A DNA stretch of 64,000 nucleotides from an uncultured Acidobacteriaceae bacterium (lineage in GTDB: Bacteria; Acidobacteriota; Terriglobia; Terriglobales; Acidobacteriaceae). A model generated the notes under the pieces. The model ran no database searches, was not told the origin of the DNA, and saw only the letters and a list, made by a program, of their open reading frames with translations. Numbering within the stretch: the first letter of the stretch is position 1; each line of letters starts with the position of its first letter. The position numbers and the translations under genes were made by a program. The stretch lies in contig CAZGSU010000024.1 in the NCBI GenBank assembly GCA_964528615.1, forward strand, positions 10,459-74,458, in the 5' to 3' direction. Of this stretch, positions 46,970 through 57,641 are shown one piece after another.

Positions 46970-46998
46970 AATATACGCCGTTCGGGAGCAAAAGACAA
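46970..46998 (-). promoter_or_regulatory. candidate sigma-70-type promoter for the rimP-nusA-infB leader
   Basis: Minus strand reads TTGTCT, a 17-nt spacer, then TATATT. Confidence 0.35.
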
Positions 46999-47195
46999 AC
47001 CACTGGGACACCGTGGGCGCTCGCGAGAACCGCGTTGCAAAAATAAAGACTCTGCCCTGCAGAACTCTTCAAGGGCTGGCGCTCAAACCGCAACGGTGTT
47101 GAAGAAGTCCGAAAAACCGGGGCTTCAGGATGACAAACAAACCGACATCGAGTGAACGATGCTGGAGTGGTAAAGCTTTTGGAACACTTCAAACG

Positions 47196-48956
47196 CTATT
47201 GCGGCATAGGCGCTCCGAGGGATCCCACTAAACCGGTGCGGTTGTCCTGCACTCCGAGTCTGAGCTCGTTGTTCCCCGCATGAGGGTCCAGGTCCATATG
47301 CAACAGAAGCCCGTGCTGCACGAGTTGCTGGAAGGTGTTTGCATCGAAAGTCTGATCGACCTTCATGCTCCGGTTGCCGACCATCCTCCCGTCAGGCGAA
47401 AAAACGGCAGCGTAGAACGCCACATTCAGTTTCTTGCCATTGCCGGCGTCTTCCGCGGAAACGGTGCTGGCATCCACCAGAAAATCCACTCCTACCTTGC
47501 CCTTCGCGACGCGATTGTCAGCGGAGGGCACCACCCGAGCCGTGAAGGCGACCAGGGTGGACGGTGCTGCGTCGCCCAGCGCCGAAGCCACCGCCTGGTC
47601 CGAGTTGTAACCCTTGAGCTGCATGGGATCGACGGCAAAGTAGCCTCGCCGGTGTTGAACATCGACACCATCGCGCTTCACCTTCACCATGATCGTCCGG
47701 TATTTGCCATCGTACTTCTTGTTGTCTGGATAGTAACCGATCGTGTATGACGCCGCGCTGTCCAGGAAGGCGCGCTCCACTCCAAACTTGATTTCATTCT
47801 GGTTGACGTAGGCGCGTCCTCCGGTCTCGTGAGCGATGTCGAGCATAGTTTCCTGAGAGTCGGTGGAGTTCGACAGCGTCAGGCCTCGGGCATCGACGGG
47901 ATAGACCGCCACTTGCGCACTCGCCAGCCGAGCCTCAAGCTCACGTATGTCTCCGGCGTGGGACTGGCGGAATGCGGCCGCAGCGTTTCCCGCGGCATGC
48001 TGGCCAACCCGGCGCGTATCCAGACTGGGCAACGTTTCTTCAAGCTCGGCGTCTGTCATAGTGCGGTTCTCCGGAACCAGCGAGAAGGGAAGATTTCCCG
48101 TTACCCATATGATATTTTTGCGGCCCGGCAACCCTCCCAGAATGCGCGCCAGGCTGTTGAGAGCGTTCAAACTCAACACTGCCCTCTGGTCCTCTGCGTA
48201 AGCGGCCTGCGCCCCGGCAAAAACTGTCAGTGCGGCCAGGGCGGTGTCGATCTGTCCGGCCGCCGCGCTTCTCGTGAGCCCTGATGTGTCGCCGCCACCG
48301 GTCGCTGGAGGTGTACTCGCATCCATCGCGACTATGGTTGAACCGGTGGTAGGGTCGCCGGCAGCAGCGCTGGTTTCAGGCCGGCTGGCGCTGGCAAACG
48401 TCTGTGGCTGCGGATTGTAGCGTTGCAGCGCAGCAATCAGAACTTGCGGGTCACTGGTAAAGTCCTGCAAAACCTTCAGCGCACCGGTCAGGGTGAAGAC
48501 CGCCAGGCGCTGTCCGGGCTTGAGTTGCTGCTGGACGAAGGCAAGCATCTGCCGCCGGGCATAACTCTGGTCGGAATAGGGAGTATTGACCGCATCCAGC
48601 AACATGACCGTTATGGGCCCGCCCGGGGACCGATATTGCGGCCTATTCGAATAGATGCCGGGCGGCAACGGCTGTGCCGCCGCCAGGTTCTCTCCCGGAG
48701 TCACGAAAGTGGAGATCTTCTGCCCTTTGCCATTCTCCTCAACCTCAAAATCTTCGGGATGCAGTCCGGCGATCGCCCTGCCCTGCTTGTCCGTCACGAC
48801 TACATCCACCAGCACCAGGTGGGTGCTGACCCGGATCGTCGGCGCCGGAACTTCTCCCGGCGAAGACGAGGGTGCCTGAAACCATCCTCCGGTTACGATG
48901 CTCGCCAGCAGAAGCAGAGACAGCAAAGGCCAGCGGTGCGCCAGATGCCTTTTCAT
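47196..48956 (-). CDS. VWA domain-containing secreted protein (VWFA-related acidobacterial type)
   Basis: Start at MKRHLAHRWPLLSLLLLASI (signal). THLVLVDVVVTDKQGRAIAGLHPEDFEVEENGKGQKI opening is typical of that family. The ORF is open to 49109. Confidence 0.8.
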   Translation of the reverse strand: MKRHLAHRWPLLSLLLLASIVTGGWFQAPSSSPGEVPAPTIRVSTHLVLVDVVVTDKQGRAIAGLHPEDFEVEENGKGQKISTFVTPGENLAAAQPLPPGIYSNRPQYRSPGGPITVMLLDAVNTPYSDQSYARRQMLAFVQQQLKPGQRLAVFTLTGALKVLQDFTSDPQVLIAALQRYNPQPQTFASASRPETSAAAGDPTTGSTIVAMDASTPPATGGGDTSGLTRSAAAGQIDTALAALTVFAGAQAAYAEDQRAVLSLNALNSLARILGGLPGRKNIIWVTGNLPFSLVPENRTMTDAELEETLPSLDTRRVGQHAAGNAAAAFRQSHAGDIRELEARLASAQVAVYPVDARGLTLSNSTDSQETMLDIAHETGGRAYVNQNEIKFGVERAFLDSAASYTIGYYPDNKKYDGKYRTIMVKVKRDGVDVQHRRGYFAVDPMQLKGYNSDQAVASALGDAAPSTLVAFTARVVPSADNRVAKGKVGVDFLVDASTVSAEDAGNGKKLNVAFYAAVFSPDGRMVGNRSMKVDQTFDANTFQQLVQHGLLLHMDLDPHAGNNELRLGVQDNRTGLVGSLGAPMPQ

Positions 48957-49013
48957 CAGAGAGCCTCCTTCGATTCGCCGCGATGCCCCAAACAGGGTGC
49001 GAACAAAAGTTAG

Positions 49014-50606
<1,593 letters not shown>

Positions 50607-50624
50607 ACGCGGGAAAGCTCGCGC

Positions 50625-51182
50625 TTGAACTCAACTCCCTCAACCCCAGCTCACTCGCATTTGGGCGGCTTGAAACCCAGCCGCCTGAACCGAAGTCAAG
50701 ACGAACTGCTTAAGACCTGGATCGCGGCCACTCTCTGGCTCGGCCTTATTGTTGCCGAGTCCACCAATTTCTTTTCGGCTGAGAACACCGGCCGGTTCCT
50801 TTATTCGATACTTCATTTTCTGCTGGGAGTTGTACCGGCTCACTTTCCCATCTGGCACTTCTACCTTCGTAAGACCGGCCACTTCGTTGGCTACTTCATG
50901 CTGAGCCTGCTGCTGTTCCGCGCCTGGCGAGCTACCTTTCCGTTTCCCGGTGCGGGCTGGAACATTCAATGGGCGAGAATCTCTTTCTTCATGACCGCGC
51001 TGGTCGCCTGCCTCGACGAGTGGCATCAAACCTATCTTCCGAAACGTACCGGGAGTCTGCACGACGTATTACTCGACAGTACGGCGGCCCTGGTGGCCCA
51101 AGTGGTCCTGTATCTGATTCTGCGGTGGCGCTCCACAGGTCTAACAGGCGATGAAGCGCTGAAGAAGACGACTGAAGACTGA
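50625..51182 (+). CDS. VanZ family protein
   Basis: Four TM helices with LDEWHQTYLPKRTGSLHDVLLDS. The TTG start is uncertain. Confidence 0.7.
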   Translation: MNSTPSTPAHSHLGGLKPSRLNRSQDELLKTWIAATLWLGLIVAESTNFFSAENTGRFLYSILHFLLGVVPAHFPIWHFYLRKTGHFVGYFMLSLLLFRAWRATFPFPGAGWNIQWARISFFMTALVACLDEWHQTYLPKRTGSLHDVLLDSTAALVAQVVLYLILRWRSTGLTGDEALKKTTED

Positions 51183-51190
51183 CGACTGCT

Positions 51191-51682
51191 CTAGTACATG
51201 GAATCGTACTTGGTCACGACCCATTCGCCGTCTTTCCTCTCCAGGGTTACGGAGAAGAGTTCCTTGTAGGTACCTTTTTGATCGGGACCGTTGCGGCGCT
51301 TGCCCCGGTAGCGCAGGATGCGCAATGGGGGCGTGTCCTCCCAATCCACTACCTCCCAGGAAACCAGGGGGTGCTGGGCTTCCGAGTCGCAAAGAAAAGC
51401 AGCGTATTTTTTGCGATAGTCCTTCGCCCAGTCAGCAAGCTCTTCCTTGCAATTTCCGTCACGCATGCTGCGGATGAACTTGGCCGCCTCCCGCTCGGAA
51501 GTGCGGTCACGCAGAGGATTCAGCGAAATTGAGTTTGGCACGCCGGAGAGCGGGTCGCGGTCTTCGGAACGGTCCAACACCGGGCCTTGCCCGTTTAAGT
51601 GCATCAGATAGCCAAAGAAAATCAGCAGCAGCAGTACGCCAGCACCCGCGGCGATGCCGATTTGATTGCGTGAAAACTCCAT
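51191..51682 (-). CDS. hypothetical membrane-anchored protein
   Basis: 163 aa with an N-terminal TM helix IAAGAGVLLLLIFFGYL. No family recognised. Confidence 0.6.
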   Translation of the reverse strand: MEFSRNQIGIAAGAGVLLLLIFFGYLMHLNGQGPVLDRSEDRDPLSGVPNSISLNPLRDRTSEREAAKFIRSMRDGNCKEELADWAKDYRKKYAAFLCDSEAQHPLVSWEVVDWEDTPPLRILRYRGKRRNGPDQKGTYKELFSVTLERKDGEWVVTKYDSMY

Positions 51683-51766
51683 GGCTCTACATCAGTCTAA
51701 CGTGAGGTGCGCCGAGCGCAAGATTACGGCGGATAGACGCCGCGGGACATGTACGGTTGGGTGGGG

Positions 51767-51796
51767 CAGCTGTCAGCTCTCAGCCTTCAGCTAGAC
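51767..51796. repeat. short direct heptad array (CTSTCAG type)
   Basis: cagctgt cagctct cagcctt cagctag ac. Confidence 0.7.
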
Positions 51797-51799
51797 ACG

Positions 51800-51831
51800 A
51801 AAAAGGGACAGGCGAGAAGCCCGTCCCTTTT
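51800..51831 (-). terminator. intrinsic terminator after rplQ (A/T-flanked, potentially bidirectional)
   Basis: aaaagggac aggcgagaagcc cgtcccttttat. On the minus strand the stem is followed by ttttt. Lies 20 nt after the rplQ stop. Confidence 0.65.
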
Positions 51832-51851
51832 ATCAGTGCCTTCCTTAACTC

Positions 51852-52364
51852 TTACTCTTTGTCCTTGGCCTTGTCCTCGCCTTCGGCGTGGTCGGCGGGA
51901 TGCTCGACGCCTTGCTGCGCCTCGGCTTCTTCCATGGCCTTCTTAGCCTCTTCGGCGCGTTTGGAACGGACAGCCGCTCGCTTCTCGCGTTTTTCTTCCT
52001 GCAACTTCTCGCTGCCCAACAGCTCGATGAACGCCGTGTCGGCGCCGTCACCCTTGCGCCATCCGGCACGAACGATGCGCAGGTAACCGCCTTCGCGGTC
52101 CCCGAAACGCGGAGCGACCGTGTCGAAAAGGCGACTGACGGCTGCCTTGGTCATCAGGTAGGCGCCGGCCTGGCGGCGCGCGGAAAGGTCTCCGCGCTTG
52201 CCCAGCGTAATCATCTTTTCCACGATTGGCCGCATGGCTTTCGCCTTGGGCACGGTGGTTTCGATGCGCTCTTCGACGATGAGCGAAGTCACCAGGTTCC
52301 GCAGCAACGAGCGGCGGTGGCTGGTATTACGTCCCAGTTTCCATCCTGCAACTTTGTGACGCAT
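51852..52364 (-). CDS. rplQ: 50S ribosomal protein L17
   Basis: [24 protein letters not shown]. Lys/Glu-rich C-terminal extension. Confidence 0.97.
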   Translation of the reverse strand: MRHKVAGWKLGRNTSHRRSLLRNLVTSLIVEERIETTVPKAKAMRPIVEKMITLGKRGDLSARRQAGAYLMTKAAVSRLFDTVAPRFGDREGGYLRIVRAGWRKGDGADTAFIELLGSEKLQEEKREKRAAVRSKRAEEAKKAMEEAEAQQGVEHPADHAEGEDKAKDKE

Positions 52365-52397
52365 TTGAATCCCTCGGGGCCAGTTAACGACAGATGG

Positions 52398-52506
52398 CCA
52401 GTTCAGTTCTGTATCTTGGTTTCCAGCTTCTGGTTTCCAGTTTCAAAATTCCTGGTCGCAGAAGAAACACGCAGCCTCAGGGATTTTGGAAACTGGAAAC
52501 GAAACC
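52398..52506. repeat. heptad-repeat inverted-arm element, family A (rpoA-rplQ spacer)
   Basis: Left core ggtttccagcttctggtttccagtttc (52418-52444). Right arm ttttggaaactggaaacgaaacc (52484-52506). Confidence 0.85.
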
Positions 52507-52527
52507 GGGTGGCGCAAGCGCCACCCG
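52506..52527 (-). terminator. 8-bp GC hairpin just after the rpoA stop (possible partial terminator or processing site)
   Basis: gggtggcg caag cgccaccc. On the minus strand it is followed by the T-rich family A arm tttcgtttccagtttcc. Confidence 0.4.
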
Positions 52528-52535
52528 GAACTGCT

Positions 52536-53570
52536 TTACAGATCGTTGTCCGGACCGTACGCCGATGCCGGCAGCACCTGGTTCGAAGTCGGGCCAGGCA
52601 CGGCATTGCCGTGCTCGTCGATCTTCATTCCCAGGCTCAACCCCATCGACGACAGAATCTCCTTGATCTCGTTCAGCGACTTGCGGCCGAAGTTCTTGGT
52701 CTTCAGCATTTCGGCCTCAGTCTTCTGCACCAGTTCTCCGATGGTCTGGATGTTCGCGTTCTTCAGGCAGTTGTAGCTGCGTACTGAGAGTTCCAGTTCC
52801 TCGACCGACCGGTTCAGGTTCTCGTTCTTGATTTCCGGCTTGCGGTCTTCGGTGGAAGTGGAGGTCTCGATATCCTCTTCGAAGTTGATGAAGATATTCA
52901 TGTGGTCCTTCAGCAGCTTCGCCGCCAGGCCGATGGAATCTGCCGGGGTGATGGAGCCGTTGGTCCACACTTCGAGCGTCAGCTTGTCGTAGTCGGTAAT
53001 CTGCCCCAGCCGTGCGGCTTCCACGGTGTAGTTGCACTTGCGCACCGGAGAGTGCACGGAGTCGATGGGGATGAAACCGATGCCCAGATCTTCGTCGAAG
53101 TTCTTGTCGGCCGCAACGTAGCCGCGGCCGCGCTTGAGGCGCATCTCCATATCGAGCTTGCCGCCTTCGCTGACGGTGGCGATGTAAACGTCCTTGTCGA
53201 GCACTTCCACGTCGGCGTCGGCTTCGATCATGCCGGAGGTAACCACGCCCGGCTGGTCAGCCCGCAGGTAGATAGCCTTGGGCGCGTCACCCGCCAGCTT
53301 GAACGGAATCTGCTTCAGGTTGAGGATGATGTCAGTCGCGTCCTCAACCACTCCGGGAATCGACTGGAATTCGTGCAGCACGCCTTCGATCTTGACCGCG
53401 GTTACCGCTGCTCCTTCGATCGAAGACAGCATAACGCGCCGCAGAGCGTTGCCGATGGTGGTCCCGAAGCCACGTTCAAAGGGCTGGGCCCAGAAGATGC
53501 CGTACTTGTCAGTTAGGGTTGAAGTGTCGACGGCGAGACGTTTGGGTTTTTGAAATCCCTTCCAAAGCAT
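52536..53570 (-). CDS. rpoA: DNA-directed RNA polymerase subunit alpha
   Basis: Start at [28 protein letters not shown], and [20 protein letters not shown]. Confidence 0.97.
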   Translation of the reverse strand: MLWKGFQKPKRLAVDTSTLTDKYGIFWAQPFERGFGTTIGNALRRVMLSSIEGAAVTAVKIEGVLHEFQSIPGVVEDATDIILNLKQIPFKLAGDAPKAIYLRADQPGVVTSGMIEADADVEVLDKDVYIATVSEGGKLDMEMRLKRGRGYVAADKNFDEDLGIGFIPIDSVHSPVRKCNYTVEAARLGQITDYDKLTLEVWTNGSITPADSIGLAAKLLKDHMNIFINFEEDIETSTSTEDRKPEIKNENLNRSVEELELSVRSYNCLKNANIQTIGELVQKTEAEMLKTKNFGRKSLNEIKEILSSMGLSLGMKIDEHGNAVPGPTSNQVLPASAYGPDNDL

Positions 53571-53674
53571 TACGTTGTTTCTCCCTCGGCCGTTTGGCTC
53601 AGTCCTGACATCCCTGAAGTGGTCCGAGTTCATTTCAGGTCAAGCGTCAGAGACAGGCTGATCTGGCTCGAATT

Positions 53675-53791
53675 GTTGGGACCTTGGTCGTTGGCCTTTG
53701 GCCAAACCAACAGCGAAACGACTGACAGATATCGTCGCAGGTCTTCGGCCCTTGATTTTTAGCTAACGACCAAGAGCCAACGACCAACGAC
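53675..53791. repeat. heptad-repeat inverted-arm element, family D (rpsD-rpoA spacer)
   Basis: Left arm gttgggaccttggtcgttggcctttggcc. Right arm gctaacgaccaagagccaacgaccaacgac. Confidence 0.88.
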
Positions 53792-54420
53792 TACTTGCTG
53801 TACAACTCCACAATCAACTGCTCGTTGACCGGCAGGTTGATATCTTCGCGCTTGGGCAACGCCAGAACCTTGCCTTTGTAATTATCGCGATCGATCTCCA
53901 GCCAGTTGGGTGCATTCTGGTGGCTGGCAAATTCCTTCGCCGGCTCCAGGATGGGCAACTTCTTGCTACCTTCGCGGATGGCGATCTCCTCGCCCATACT
54001 CACCTGGTACGACGGAATGTTTACCTTGCGCCCATTCACCTGGATGTGGCCGTGACGCACCAGCTGGCGCGCCTGGCGGCGGGACATGCCGAAACCGAGA
54101 CGGTAGACCACATTGTCCAGACGGCGCTCCAACTGTTGCAGAAGCATTTCGCCGGTAACGCCGCGAGTCCGGGCCGCTTTCTCGAAATAATTGCGGAACT
54201 GGCCTTCCTGGGTAAAGTAGATGCGCTTGGCTTTCTGCTTTTCGCGCAACTGCAAGCCGTAGCCGACAATCTTGGCCTTGCGGTCCTTGCCATGCTGGCC
54301 AGGAGCAAAATTCCGCTTCTCGATGGGACACTTATCGCTGAAGCACTTGGTGCCTTTGAGGAACAGCTTCATGCCCTCGCGGCGGCAGAGACGGCAGACG
54401 GGATCGGTATAACGCGCCAA
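53791..54420 (-). CDS. rpsD: 30S ribosomal protein S4
   Basis: [23 protein letters not shown]. Confidence 0.97.
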   Translation of the reverse strand: MARYTDPVCRLCRREGMKLFLKGTKCFSDKCPIEKRNFAPGQHGKDRKAKIVGYGLQLREKQKAKRIYFTQEGQFRNYFEKAARTRGVTGEMLLQQLERRLDNVVYRLGFGMSRRQARQLVRHGHIQVNGRKVNIPSYQVSMGEEIAIREGSKKLPILEPAKEFASHQNAPNWLEIDRDNYKGKVLALPKREDINLPVNEQLIVELYSK

Positions 54421-54486
54421 GTTGTTTTCTCCTTGTTAGATGACCGGTTTACAGGTTTGGCTTCACCCTTCGTCCCGGACCAAAAT

Positions 54487-54551
54487 CAGTTTCTAGTTGC
54501 TGGTTTCCAGTTTCCAGTCTGAGAACTGCGAACCAGAAACCGGAAACTGCC
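54487..54551. repeat. heptad-repeat hairpin, family A (rpsK-rpsD spacer, first)
   Basis: cagtttctagttgctggtttccagtttccagtctgag / cgaaccagaaaccggaaactgcc. Confidence 0.85.
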
Positions 54552-54573
54552 CTTTAAACAAAAAACGGCTGTC

Positions 54574-54630
54574 CCAGTTCTCTGTATCCAGTTTGAGCCA
54601 AAGGCTTTGAAACTAAGAACTCGGAAACTA
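54574..54630. repeat. heptad-repeat hairpin, family A variant (rpsK-rpsD spacer, second)
   Basis: ccagttctctgtatccagtttgag / ctttgaaactaagaactcggaaacta. Confidence 0.75.
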
Positions 54631-54633
54631 TCT

Positions 54634-55080
54634 TTACACCCTTCTCCTCTTCGGCGGACGGCAACCGTTGTGCGGGATCGGGGTAGCGTCTTTGATGTTG
54701 CGGACTTCGATACCGGCCGCAGCCAGCGCGCGGATTGCCGATTCGCGTCCAGAACCCGGACCGCTTACTCGGACCTCAACGCTGCGCACCCCGTGATCGC
54801 GCGCCATATTGGCCGCGTTCTGAGCCGCCTGCTGAGCAGCAAAGGGCGTCCCTTTACGCGATCCGCGAAAACCGAGCGACCCGGAACTCTTCCAGGCCAG
54901 AACATTTCCCGCCTGATCGGCGATCGTGACAATGGTGTTGTTGAACGAGGCCTGGATGTGGGCGATGCCGTGCGGAACGTGCTTCCGCTCCTTCTTCTTG
55001 AAGGTTTTCTTCTTGCCCTTTTTGTCCGGCGCCGCTGCTCCGGTCGCTCCCGCTGCCGCTGGTGCTGCTGTTTTTGCCAT
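54634..55080 (-). CDS. rpsK: 30S ribosomal protein S11
   Basis: [16 protein letters not shown]...[11 protein letters not shown]. Ala/Lys-rich N-terminal extension. Confidence 0.97.
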   Translation of the reverse strand: MAKTAAPAAAGATGAAAPDKKGKKKTFKKKERKHVPHGIAHIQASFNNTIVTIADQAGNVLAWKSSGSLGFRGSRKGTPFAAQQAAQNAANMARDHGVRSVEVRVSGPGSGRESAIRALAAAGIEVRNIKDATPIPHNGCRPPKRRRV

Positions 55081-55083
55081 ATT

Positions 55084-55129
55084 AGCTTCTAGCTCCTAGC
55101 TTTTGGCTTCTAGCCAGGAGCTAGAAGCT
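55084..55129. repeat. heptad-repeat hairpin, family C (GCTNCTR) (rpsM-rpsK spacer)
   Basis: agcttctagctcct (55084-55097) pairs perfectly over 14 bp with aggagctagaagct (55116-55129). Confidence 0.92.
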
Positions 55130-55142
55130 AAACGCTGATTTG

Positions 55143-55529
55143 CTAAGTTTTTGCCGTCGCCTTCTTCTTTTGTGCGACCGTGCCTTTGCGTGGGCCCTTG
55201 CGGGTGCGCGCGTTGGTGTGGGTCCGTTGTCCGCGGACGGGCAGGTTCCGGCGATGGCGATAGCCGCGGTAGGAACCGATTTCGATGAGCCGCTTGATGT
55301 TCATCGAAACCTCCTTGCGCAGATCGCCTTCCACCAGACCTTCGTTTTCGATGACCTGGCGGATGCGGTTGACTTCGTCTTCACCCAGGTCTTGAACCTT
55401 TTTCATCGGGTCCACTTTGGCCGCGTCCAAGATGCGCGCCGCGCGCGGGTTGCCGATGCCGTAGATATAGGTCAGCGCGATATTCGCCCGCTTGTTGCGC
55501 GGAAGGTCAACGCCTGCAATACGTGCCAT
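55143..55529 (-). CDS. rpsM: 30S ribosomal protein S13
   Basis: [26 protein letters not shown]. Confidence 0.97.
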   Translation of the reverse strand: MARIAGVDLPRNKRANIALTYIYGIGNPRAARILDAAKVDPMKKVQDLGEDEVNRIRQVIENEGLVEGDLRKEVSMNIKRLIEIGSYRGYRHRRNLPVRGQRTHTNARTRKGPRKGTVAQKKKATAKT

Positions 55530-55541
55530 AGTGCTCCTCTA

Positions 55542-55655
55542 TTATCCCTGACGCTGCTTGTGCTTGGAAATGACGCAGATCACCCGCACCACGCCCTTGC
55601 GGTGGATGACCTTGCACTTGTCGCAAATTTTCTTGACCGATGCTCGTACTTTCAT
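55542..55655 (-). CDS. rpmJ: 50S ribosomal protein L36
   Basis: Hand translation gives [37 protein letters not shown], followed by TAA. Not in the ORF track because it is under 60 aa. Confidence 0.93.
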   Translation of the reverse strand: MKVRASVKKICDKCKVIHRKGVVRVICVISKHKQRQG

Positions 55656-55660
55656 AGACC

Positions 55661-55685
55661 CAGCCTTCAGCCTTCAGCCGTCAGC
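55661..55685. repeat. short direct heptad array (CAGCCKT) (infA-rpmJ spacer)
   Basis: cagcctt cagcctt cagccgt cagc. Confidence 0.75.
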
Positions 55686-55713
55686 AAACCCGCGACGACG
55701 GAGGAGGCGGCAT

Positions 55714-55932
55714 TCATTTGTAGCGGTACACGATGCGGCCGCGGTTCAGGTCGTAGGGCGAAAGCTCGACTGCGACCTTGTCACCGGGCAGGATGCGAAT
55801 GAAGTTCTTGCGCATTTTTCCCGAGACGTGCGCCAGCACCTGGTGCTTGTTTTCCAGTTCCACACGGAACATGGCGTTGGGCAGCGGCTCGACTACCGTT
55901 GCCATAACCTCAATCGCGTCCTCTTTGCTCAT
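55714..55932 (-). CDS. infA: translation initiation factor IF-1
   Basis: [53 protein letters not shown]. Confidence 0.97.
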   Translation of the reverse strand: MSKEDAIEVMATVVEPLPNAMFRVELENKHQVLAHVSGKMRKNFIRILPGDKVAVELSPYDLNRGRIVYRYK

Positions 55933-55946
55933 CGACTCCTTAGAAT

Positions 55947-56036
55947 CAGCTGCTAGCTTCTGGCTACTAGCTTCTCGCTAAATCCCACAACTTTCGGTTC
56001 GGGCTAGCAGCTAGAAGCCAGTAGCTAGAAGCTGCC
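55947..56036. repeat. heptad-repeat inverted-arm element, family C (map-infA spacer)
   Basis: Left arm cagctgctagcttctggctactagcttctcgc. Right arm ggctagcagctagaagccagtagctagaagctgcc. Confidence 0.9.
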
Positions 56037-56789
56037 TTACTGCGTCAAAATCATCGGGCCATCTTTCATGATCGCGACGCAATGCTCGAAGTGGGCACTG
56101 TAGCTGCCATCGGCAGTTACGGCGGTCCACTTGTCATCGAGAACGCGAGTTCCGGGATTGCCGGAATTCACCATGGGCTCGATGGCCAGCACCATGCCTT
56201 CGCGCAACCGGGCCCCGTGTCCACGAGTACCATAGTTCGGCACCTGCGGTTCTTCGTGCAGACGGGTTCCAATTCCGTGTCCCACAAATTCGCGAACCAC
56301 GCTGAAGCCATTGGCCTCCACGAACTCCTGTACCGACGCCCCAACATCTCCAACCGCGTTTCCGATTCTGGCCGCCTCGATACCACGGTACAACGACGCT
56401 TCAGTGACTTCGAGCAGCTTGGACAGCTCGGGCGTAATCGATCCATCCACCGGAACGGTGATGGCAGCATCGCCGTAATAGCCGTCAAGCACCACGCCGC
56501 AATCGATGGAAACGATATCGCCGGCTTTGAGCAGTCTCTTCTCCGAGGGAATGCCGTGCACGATTTCTTCATTGATCGAGGTGCAAAGCACGCAGGGATA
56601 ATCGTAGTACCCCTTGAACGCAGGCTTCACCCCCAGATCCTTGATCTTCTGTTCGGCAGCGCGCTCGAGATCCATAGTGGTCGCGCCCGGCGCCACCAGG
56701 CCGCGAACATGGTTCAGAACCTCGCGCACGATGCCGCCACTGCGCCGCATCTTCTCAATCTCGGCCGCCGATTTGCAGACAATCGCCAT
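56037..56789 (-). CDS. map: type I methionyl aminopeptidase
   Basis: IVSIDCGVVLDGYYGD, FVGHGIG, LAIEPM and SAHFEH metal-ligand contexts. Confidence 0.96.
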   Translation of the reverse strand: MAIVCKSAAEIEKMRRSGGIVREVLNHVRGLVAPGATTMDLERAAEQKIKDLGVKPAFKGYYDYPCVLCTSINEEIVHGIPSEKRLLKAGDIVSIDCGVVLDGYYGDAAITVPVDGSITPELSKLLEVTEASLYRGIEAARIGNAVGDVGASVQEFVEANGFSVVREFVGHGIGTRLHEEPQVPNYGTRGHGARLREGMVLAIEPMVNSGNPGTRVLDDKWTAVTADGSYSAHFEHCVAIMKDGPMILTQ

Positions 56790-56812
56790 GTGCCGTTTCT
56801 TGACTTCGTGGT

Positions 56813-57529
56813 TCAGTTGTTGCGAGCCACGGCGCGATGGCTCTCGATCACCTGAAAGATCTGCTCCGTAACCTGTTCGACCGGCAGATCGCCGTCCACC
56901 GAAACCAGCCGCCCTTTGCCCTCGTAGTATTCGGCAACCGGCTTGGTCTGCAGTTCGTAGGCCGCCAGTCGTTCCCGGATGATTTCTTCACGATCATCTT
57001 CGCGGGTCACCAGCGTAGAACCATCAACATCGCATCGATCAGCGACACGGGGTGGCTGGGAGTAGACGTTGTAGATCCGTCCACAGACGGGACAAGAGCG
57101 GCGTCCGGTAATCCGACGCAACAACTTATTATAGTCCACGTTAATTCGGATCACAATGGGCAGGCACGTGCCACGCTGCGCGTTATCAAAGAACTCGTGC
57201 TCCAGAAATGCATCCAGCCATCCGGCCTGGGCCGGATTGCGGGGAAAACCATCCAGAATGAAGCCGCGCTCGCAGTCCGCCTGCCGCAAGCGCTGGGCGA
57301 CCATGTCGTAGACCAGGTCATCCGGCACCAATTCGCCCCGCGCCATCACATCCTTGGCCGCCACTCCCAAAGGAGTGCCGCGCTGCACATTTTCACGGAG
57401 AAGATCGCCCGTGGAAATCTGTGGAATGCGGTAGTGCTCGACTATCTGTTTGGCCTGCGTCCCTTTACCCGCGCCCGGCGAGCCGAGCAGGATGACAGGT
57501 CCGATGCCGCGCGAGGTTGTCTCCGCCAT
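56813..57529 (-). CDS. adk: adenylate kinase (Zn-lid type)
   Basis: Start at MAETTS. P-loop GSPGAGKGTQ and lid CPVCGRIY...DRCDVDG. Confidence 0.95.
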   Translation of the reverse strand: MAETTSRGIGPVILLGSPGAGKGTQAKQIVEHYRIPQISTGDLLRENVQRGTPLGVAAKDVMARGELVPDDLVYDMVAQRLRQADCERGFILDGFPRNPAQAGWLDAFLEHEFFDNAQRGTCLPIVIRINVDYNKLLRRITGRRSCPVCGRIYNVYSQPPRVADRCDVDGSTLVTREDDREEIIRERLAAYELQTKPVAEYYEGKGRLVSVDGDLPVEQVTEQIFQVIESHRAVARNN

Positions 57530-57641
57530 CGAACTGGTCCTCCAGCCCCCCGATTCCAATTCCGTTCAACCAGCACGACGAGCCGACTTCAACCTCTGTT
57601 CGCCCTTACTCATTAACACGAACTCTATCCAGCCGCCTGGC

